DNA of 12,575 nt from Candidatus Dadabacteria bacterium. GTDB lineage: Bacteria; Desulfobacterota_D; UBA1144; Nemesobacterales; CSP1-2. This document shows positions 6,742-12,575 of the stretch, piece by piece; positions within the stretch are counted from its first letter, which is position 1; each line of letters starts with the position of its first letter. The notes beneath the pieces were generated by a model. It was not told the origin of the DNA. It searched no databases and worked only from the letters and a program-made list of their open reading frames with translations. The stretch spans positions 1 to 12,575 of the forward strand of contig PSLL01000049.1 of the NCBI GenBank assembly GCA_040289575.1, read 5' to 3'. Both the position numbers and the translations under genes were made by a program.

Positions 6742-7539
6742 TTATTCCGAATAGATTTGTAGATTTGGAATCCTTTCAATCTCCCCCAATTTGGCAAGAA
6801 ACTCACCATAGGTTGAAATCCCTTTTATTTCCTTCTCCCCGAGATCATACCTGATTCTCTTAGTCAAGTATCTCAAACATATCTCCTCACTTAAGCCCAG
6901 TTTCTTTGATTCTATCTCAGCAATCCTCTCCACATTCTCTAGCCCTACAGATTTTGCCATGCCTAATGCCTGGAGATTTTTGCCGAGATGAACTCCACCA
7001 TTTACGGCATATATCGCATAGACAAAAGGAAGCCCAGTCTCATATGTCCAAATCTCACCGAGATCAAAAACCCTGTACCCTTTAGGAGTAAAATATCTTA
7101 ATTTAAGCCCCATATCACCGATTAACATCCCTACATCCACACCGACCAAGAATCTATCATTAGGCTCTCTCTTAATGTAAATAGGAGAGAGTTTATAGAA
7201 AATCTCCAGAATTACCCTAAGAAGCCCGGCCGAACTCTGTGATCTTGCATCAACCGCAACGGTTTTGATCTCCTTTATCTCGGATCTCGATATGAGAATG
7301 ACACTGTCTACCTTTCCATAAGATGAGATCGAAATATTTGGCACAATACTATATGTTCCTCTTTTAAGCAGCTCAGCAACGGGAATAAGCCCTAAGTCCA
7401 CCCTCTTTTCAAAAAGCATCTTGGATAAATTAGACGGTGGCGTATATGAGACCTCAAAATCATGCTCTACCAGACCCTCCTCTAAAGGAAAAATCAACGG
7501 CTTAACATTTAAAAAAGGCACAGAACCAAGTTTAATCAA
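6742..7539 (-). CDS. mqnA: Chorismate dehydratase (futalosine pathway)
   Basis: LGSVPFLNVKPL, GKVDSV, DARSQSS, LIGD and DLGEIWTYETGLPFVYA. TTG start after AGGAG. Confidence 0.92.
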   Translation of the reverse strand: MIKLGSVPFLNVKPLIFPLEEGLVEHDFEVSYTPPSNLSKMLFEKRVDLGLIPVAELLKRGTYSIVPNISISSYGKVDSVILISRSEIKEIKTVAVDARSQSSAGLLRVILEIFYKLSPIYIKREPNDRFLVGVDVGMLIGDMGLKLRYFTPKGYRVFDLGEIWTYETGLPFVYAIYAVNGGVHLGKNLQALGMAKSVGLENVERIAEIESKKLGLSEEICLRYLTKRIRYDLGEKEIKGISTYGEFLAKLGEIERIPNLQIYSE

Positions 7540-7587
7540 GACATTTCTCCTATTTGCGGTGACAATTTATGAACTGCCAATACAGCG

Positions 7588-8637
7588 TTAAAATGTACTT
7601 AAATCTCCCTGCCATCTCTTCGGTAAAAATATCCTTTCGTATATTGAAATCGCATAAGAATCCGTCATACCGGCTATAAAATCGCACACAGTGCGTTCAA
7701 TTGGTTCACTATCTTGAGAATTCTTACCATAAACTTTCCAGAACTCCTCCGGATTATCGCAGAAATATCGGTAAATCTCCTTCATCATCCTTGTGGCTTT
7801 AAGGAAATTCTCTCTTATCTTTTCATTCATATAAACGGTATCAAAAAGGTATCTGCGAAGCTCAACTATTGCCTCTTCAATCTCTCTGCTCATAATCACC
7901 TTCTTTTCACCGAGCTTTTTGGTCTCAAATATAATATCTATAACCATCCTGTTGATTCTTTCAGAGTTGGTCTTACCAAGAACACTTATACATTCCTTTG
8001 GGACATCATCAATCGTAATAATTCCCGCCCTTATTGCGTCATCAAGATCGTGATTAGCATAAGCCACAAGATCGGAGAGCCTTACGACCTGCCCCTCCAT
8101 AGTTTCAGGACGATATTTCGGATTATCAAGTGGCCCCATACCCTTTGAATGTTTTGAGATTCCGTCCCGCACTTCGTATGTTAGGTTAAGCCCCTGACCG
8201 TCTCTTTCGAGAACGTCCACGACTCGAAGGCTGTGTATTACGTGCTTGAATCCGCCCGGAAATATCCCATTAAGCGCCGCCTCACCGGCATGTCCAAACG
8301 GCGTATGGCCTAAATCATGTCCCAACGCAATCGCCTCCGTTAGGTCTTCGTTCAGCCGAAGGGCCTTTGAAATCGTTCTTGCAATCTGAGAGACCTCTAT
8401 TACGTGAGTAAGTCTGGTTCTATAGTGATCCCCCGTTGGGGAGAGAAAAACCTGAGTTTTGTGTTTCAGCCTTCGGAATGATTTTGAGTGTATTATCCTG
8501 TCTCTGTCCCTTTGAAATGCAGGACGGATAGGACACGGGTCTTCCGGTTTCACTCTCCCCTTTGTCTCTGAACTCAGAGCCGCAAATGGAGAAAGCACCT
8601 TTCTTTCTATCTCCTCAAGCTCTTCTCTTATAGTCAA
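7588..8637 (-). CDS. dgt: Deoxyguanosinetriphosphate triphosphohydrolase-like HD-domain protein
   Basis: [48 protein letters not shown] and [11 protein letters not shown] start after GGAG. Confidence 0.95.
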   Translation of the reverse strand: MTIREELEEIERKVLSPFAALSSETKGRVKPEDPCPIRPAFQRDRDRIIHSKSFRRLKHKTQVFLSPTGDHYRTRLTHVIEVSQIARTISKALRLNEDLTEAIALGHDLGHTPFGHAGEAALNGIFPGGFKHVIHSLRVVDVLERDGQGLNLTYEVRDGISKHSKGMGPLDNPKYRPETMEGQVVRLSDLVAYANHDLDDAIRAGIITIDDVPKECISVLGKTNSERINRMVIDIIFETKKLGEKKVIMSREIEEAIVELRRYLFDTVYMNEKIRENFLKATRMMKEIYRYFCDNPEEFWKVYGKNSQDSEPIERTVCDFIAGMTDSYAISIYERIFLPKRWQGDLSTF

Positions 8638-8668
8638 ACTATTACTCCGAATCCGCTTAAATATTTAT

Positions 8669-8734
8669 CCAAGAATGGACATTAGTATACACGAATGGTC
8701 ACGTTAAGTTTTTATTCGTGTAAGTTCGTGTATA
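8669..8734. repeat. 10-mer periodic inverted-repeat element without inner insert
   Basis: CCAAGAAT-GGACATTAGT-ATACACGAAT (8669-8696) against ATTCGTGTAA-GTTCGTGTAT (8714-8733). Confidence 0.6.
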
Positions 8735-8738
8735 AATT

Positions 8739-9497
8739 TCATAATCTAATCTCAACTCCCTTCTGCTTCAGAAACTCCTTCGCTTCCATGATAGAATACT
8801 CGCCGTAATGGAAAATGGAAGCTACAAGCGCGGCATCAGCCTCTCCAAGGGTCAGCCCATCATAGAGATGGTATAGATTGCCCGCGCCCCCTGAAGCGAT
8901 TACGGGGACTCCAACAGATCGAGATACAGCCCTCGTAAGCTCTATATCATATCCGGCCTTTGTGCCGTCCATATCCATGCTTGTAAGAAGAATCTCTCCT
9001 GCTCCAAGCTCCTCTATCTTCTGCGCCCACTCTACAGTGTCTATTCCGGTAGGATTCCTTCCGCCGTGAGTAAATACCTCCCACTTAGACGGAGAAACCC
9101 TTTTTGCATCAATTGCAACCACTATGCACTGGCTTCCAAACCTATCTGCGGCCCTTTTGACAAAATCAGGGTTTTTTACAGCCGCCGTATTTATTGAAAC
9201 CTTATCGGCTCCCCCAAGGAGGAGTTGTCTTATATCCTCCAGGGTTCTAACCCCACCTCCGACTGTAAGTGGAACAAAGACCTCCCCAGCCGTGCGCTCT
9301 ACAACATCAATCATTGTTTTTCTTTCTTCAAAAGAGGCGGCGATGTCAAGGAATGTAATCTCATCTGCCCCCTCCATACTATAGTGCTTTGCGATCTCAA
9401 CCGGATCTCCCGCGTCTTGAAGGTTTAAGAATCTCACTCCCTTTACAACCCTTCCATCTTTTACATCGAGGCATGGAATTATTCTTTTTGCAAGCAT
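8739..9497 (-). CDS. hisF: Imidazole glycerol phosphate synthase cyclase subunit
   Basis: [20 protein letters not shown] (ATG 9497), [37 protein letters not shown] and PVIASGGAG. The ORF-track extension to 9578 lies in a repeat. Confidence 0.97.
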   Translation of the reverse strand: MLAKRIIPCLDVKDGRVVKGVRFLNLQDAGDPVEIAKHYSMEGADEITFLDIAASFEERKTMIDVVERTAGEVFVPLTVGGGVRTLEDIRQLLLGGADKVSINTAAVKNPDFVKRAADRFGSQCIVVAIDAKRVSPSKWEVFTHGGRNPTGIDTVEWAQKIEELGAGEILLTSMDMDGTKAGYDIELTRAVSRSVGVPVIASGGAGNLYHLYDGLTLGEADAALVASIFHYGEYSIMEAKEFLKQKGVEIRL

Positions 9498-9515
9498 TAC
9501 GAAACCTCTAACTAT

Positions 9516-9677
9516 TTGGCCACGAATTGACACATAATGAGCACGAATGAAAAAGGAAAGATACAGTATACAGAACACAAAATACAGGGAAAAACCTCAA
9601 GTCCATGTATCCCTGTATTCTGTCTACTGCTTTCTGTGTTCTTCTATTCATGTAAATTCGTGCCCATTCGTAGCTAA
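9516..9677. repeat. Nested periodic inverted-repeat element (three 10-mer outer units, four 7-mer inner units per arm)
   Basis: Outer: TTGGCCACGAAT-TGACACATAAT-GAGCACGAAT against ATTCATGTAA-ATTCGTGCCC-ATTCGTAGCTAA. Inner: GATACAG-TATACAG-AACACAA-AATACAG (9560-9587) against CTGTATT-CTGTCTA-CTGCTTT-CTGTGTT (9613-9640). Perfect pairing of AATACAGGGA with TCCCTGTATT. Confidence 0.8.
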
Positions 9678-9682
9678 TTTAA

Positions 9683-10405
9683 TCACGAAAATCTTTCTAT
9701 CGCCTCCTTCAGATTAATTTTGCCTGTGTAAATTGACTTACCGAGAATGACACCCGCAAGACCAAACTCCACCAAAGAGGAGAGTTTCTCTATGTCATCC
9801 GTAGAAGATATGCCGCCCGATACTACAACTGGAATAGGAGAAGATTTAACAAACCTCTCAACAGAGCTCAGGTTTATCCCGCCCATAGTTCCGTCGCGAT
9901 CAACGTCTGTGTAAATAACAAGCGAAACACCAGCCGCCTCTATGTCATTAAGAACGGATTCTGTGTCCAAATCTATCACTTCCTTCCATCCTTTTACCGC
10001 AATCCTTCCCATTTTTGTGTCAATCCCTACTGCTATCCTTTGAGGAAACCTCATGGACGCTTCGGTTAAAAATTCCCGGTTATAGAACGCCGCCGTGCCA
10101 AGTATAATCCTGTTTACACCCGCCTCTAAGTATCTTTCAATCGTTTTAATATTTCTTATCCCGCCCCCCACCTGTACATGAGCCGAAACGGAATTCACAA
10201 TCCCTCTTATTATATCAAAATTTCTGGGCTCCCCTGAAAACGCCCCATCAAGATCAACGACATGGATTAGCCCGGCTCCGCAATCCTGCCATCGTCTTGA
10301 TATTTCCAGAGGACTTTCGGAGAAAACCGTTTCGGTTCCCTCTTCCCCCTTAAAAAGCCTCACGCATTTTCCGTTTTTTATGTCAATAGCGGGAATAATA
10401 AGCAC
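9683..10405 (-). CDS. hisA: ProFAR isomerase
   Basis: IIPAIDIKNGKCVRL, HVVDLDGA, QVGGGIR, YTDVDRDGTMGG and SGGIS. GTG start, adjacent to hisF. Confidence 0.97.
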   Translation of the reverse strand: MLIIPAIDIKNGKCVRLFKGEEGTETVFSESPLEISRRWQDCGAGLIHVVDLDGAFSGEPRNFDIIRGIVNSVSAHVQVGGGIRNIKTIERYLEAGVNRIILGTAAFYNREFLTEASMRFPQRIAVGIDTKMGRIAVKGWKEVIDLDTESVLNDIEAAGVSLVIYTDVDRDGTMGGINLSSVERFVKSSPIPVVVSGGISSTDDIEKLSSLVEFGLAGVILGKSIYTGKINLKEAIERFS

Positions 10406-10411
10406 CTACTT

Positions 10412-11050
10412 TTACCCCAAAAACTTACTGAGCTTGTCCACAACCTCCTGAACCCCCTCTTTTGCAATCTCATCAGCCGTTACCCACCTTCCCTTTCGTT
10501 TAATAAACTTCCCAATCTCAGCAACGTTCTCAAGAAGCGGCTTTTGAGTTTCTGTAAAATATGTCTCCCAGATTACCCCCCCGTTTGCCGTATTTATTAA
10601 TTGAACCCCAAATGCAACAGATGCAGGAGAGACTATTGATAACTCTGCTCCCTCTCTCTCCTTATACACAAATATATTTCCAATCAAAACGGCATCGGCA
10701 CCGAGATTTTTACCCGCTTTAATTGCAGCCTCCTCGTATGTCAATCCCGGATTTTTCTTTTCTACATCCTCAAATTCTGAAATCGAATTATCGAGAGAAA
10801 TTATGCTGACCTTTTTTATTTTGGATAATATCTCATTATGTAAGGCACTGGTCAAAAATCCTTTTTTCCCAGGTGGGATCTCATTTTCAGATGAAAATGG
10901 TATCAATGCGATTGCTTTTATATTCATCTTAACGGACCTCTCAGGAATCAGCTCAGGAGCTTTTTCCACATTCTCAATCGGAACGGTACAGGAAATAATG
11001 AAAAGGCAAATTAGAGCCGCCAACGGTAGATATAAGTCAATGGATTTCAT
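10412..11050 (-). CDS. Lipoprotein, CsgG/LpoB/GNA1162-like alpha-beta fold
   Basis: Signal peptide with lipobox-like IISC, then IALIPF, KAGKNLGADAVLIG and VQLINTANGGVIWE patterns. Stop lies 6 bp from the hisA start. Confidence 0.7.
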   Translation of the reverse strand: MKSIDLYLPLAALICLFIISCTVPIENVEKAPELIPERSVKMNIKAIALIPFSSENEIPPGKKGFLTSALHNEILSKIKKVSIISLDNSISEFEDVEKKNPGLTYEEAAIKAGKNLGADAVLIGNIFVYKEREGAELSIVSPASVAFGVQLINTANGGVIWETYFTETQKPLLENVAEIGKFIKRKGRWVTADEIAKEGVQEVVDKLSKFLG

Positions 11051-11095
11051 GACTATAAATATACAGTAATATACGATTAGTTAAAGGACTGGAAG

Positions 11096-11113
11096 CTCAC
11101 GAACCGCCCCTAC
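11096..11113 (-). repeat. Half GTAG-family REP overlapping a stop codon
   Basis: Minus strand reads GTAGGGGCGGTTCGTGAG. Its TAG (11112-11110) is the stop codon of the metallophosphoesterase. Confidence 0.55.
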
Positions 11114-12314
11114 GGCCCTAGTTCTATAAGCGTAATACCCGCCGGAGCATTATATCTAATTGGAGCAAGCGTGAGGCCGAGGCCGTTATTTACATTAATA
11201 AACATCGAGCCAAATCTGTATTGATCCGACACATAATTTGTCTCAAAGAGCACCGGAGCCAGCTTTATTCCAAACAGCCAAGGAGCAACCTGTCCGCCGC
11301 GGGTGTGTCCGGCAAGAAAGATGTCGTAGTGGTTTTCTGACGCAAATTCAATAAGCCGAGGTGACGGCTGATGTGTGATGAAAACTTTAAGGGCTGATCG
11401 ATTGATTTGGCTTGCCAGAGCCTTTAATGTCTCTCTACTTGGGTGCTTACTGTATATGTTTGTCACTAAAGTCATATAAACCGTTGATGACCTTATTCTG
11501 AGTGGAATGTTTTTATCTTCAAGAATCACTACACCGTGCCCCTTTAGGCTCTGGGTAATCAATTTCGGACTAGACCAGTAGTCGTGGTCGCCAAGACATG
11601 CGTATACACCGTGTTTTGACTTAATTCTTCCCATCATCTCCGCGCCAATTTGTATATATTCAGTGCCATAAGTCACGAGGTCGCCTGTAAAAACCACGAT
11701 CTCCGGCTCAAGTCTGTTAACCGCGTTTATATACCTCTCCATCCTCGACTCTACCGTCCGGTTATCAGCCTGAATGTCGCTTATGTGAACTATTCTAAAT
11801 CCGCGCAGGTCGTCAGGGAGGTGTGGGATTTTTAATTTAACTTCTACGGTCTTAACAGTCTTTGTATCAAGATATATTTTTGCCGTAACGTAAAACCCAG
11901 TCGCACTGGTAATAATTAATACTATACAGGCATGAGCCATGTTCAGTTGAGCAATATGCGATTTATATACAAGAGAAACCAGAAATCTTACGATCTCTAA
12001 GCCGAAAAGTAAAATTCCGAGTTGAGAAATAAAAACCAGCCCAAACCAGAACGGATACATAAAAAGATAATCAATGACCTTATTCCCACCTTGCATAGCA
12101 TAAATAACCCTTTTCACATTGAATAAACTGGCAATTAGACCGAGAATTGGATATATGAATAGATAAATAACAAGAGCAAATACCGTCTACTTTATATAAA
12201 ATGGTTCCAGCCGGTAACCTGACTTAGCGCGCCTGTTACCCTCCAGCCAACGTATGAGCCTACCAAAACCATAATGGCAGATAAAAAGAGAACGGCTTTT
12301 AGAACCCAGGACAA
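11110..12314 (-). pseudogene. Membrane-anchored metallophosphoesterase (YkuE/YaeI-like), disrupted
   Basis: Motifs HISDIQ, TGDLV, LGDHD, ITHQP and GHTRGGQ. The true start is TTG 12314 after AAGGGGG (MSWVLKAVLFLSAIMVLVGSYVGWRV...). A frameshift near 12198-12201 and an in-frame TAG at 12189-12187 separate it from the ORF at 12117. Confidence 0.78.
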
Positions 12315-12414
12315 TTGGAGCCCCCTTAAATTCCCTTTATATATTATGCCGCAAAATGATAGTGGAATTTGAAAAAAGATAACATGGCATTTTATAATGG
12401 AAAGTATGAACTAC

Positions 12415-12483
12415 AAACAAAGTCGCCTCTCTGTAATGCCCCTTACAAAAGAGGAATTTGAGGTTATAGAGGGAAAAGAGTAA
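12415..12483 (+). pseudogene. C-terminal remnant of an EVE-domain protein
   Basis: KQSRLSVMPLTKEEFEVIEGKE* resembles the EVE C-terminus (RQSRLSVxPVxxEEW/F). No EVE N-terminal sequence is recognisable upstream. Confidence 0.55.
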
Positions 12484-12575
12484 CAGATGAGCCTTATTGG
12501 TAAAAAAATAGAGTTTCTATAAAGCTCTGTTGCAAAGATAATATATAACACGATAGAGGAAGTTTTCTAACCTCA

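Noticed and set aside
9498..9578. 27-aa N-terminal extension of HisF in the ORF track
   Set aside because: It is translated repeat sequence. The canonical start [11 protein letters not shown] is at 9497 with an RBS-like GAGG upstream.
9516..9677. Periodic repeats as a CRISPR array
   Set aside because: Units are 7-10 nt, inverted, and lack unique spacers. No cas genes are present.
1209..11835. Short antisense or overlapping ORFs (1209-1424, 1798-2001, 1964-2341, 2052-2267, 4289-4486, 4571-4891, 5673-5855, 7714-8148, 8878-9069, 9124-9384, 9225-9428, 10803-11069, 11650-11835)
   Set aside because: They are shadows of well-supported genes, pseudogenes or repeats, with no recognisable motifs.

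Overview
Low-GC bacterial window, mostly housekeeping genes plus a decayed accessory patch. Plus strand, 1-4276: the 3' end of a probable alpha/beta-hydrolase, a class I SAM methyltransferase, a DapF-family epimerase with both catalytic cysteines replaced by serine, a metal-dependent amidohydrolase (probable aminodeoxyfutalosine deaminase), and a gamma-glutamylcyclotransferase fused to a Zn-hydrolase domain. Minus strand: a metallophosphoesterase pseudogene, a lipoprotein, hisA, hisF, a dGTPase-like gene, mqnA and mqnD (futalosine menaquinone pathway). Between mqnA and mqnD lies a ~1.5 kb island with a consensus sigma-54 promoter and two frameshifted genes for secreted proteins. Intergenic spaces hold degenerate GTAG-type REP-like palindromes and a nested 10-mer/7-mer periodic inverted-repeat element. 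An EVE-domain C-terminal remnant lies near the right end. All calls come from motif recognition; no database search was run.
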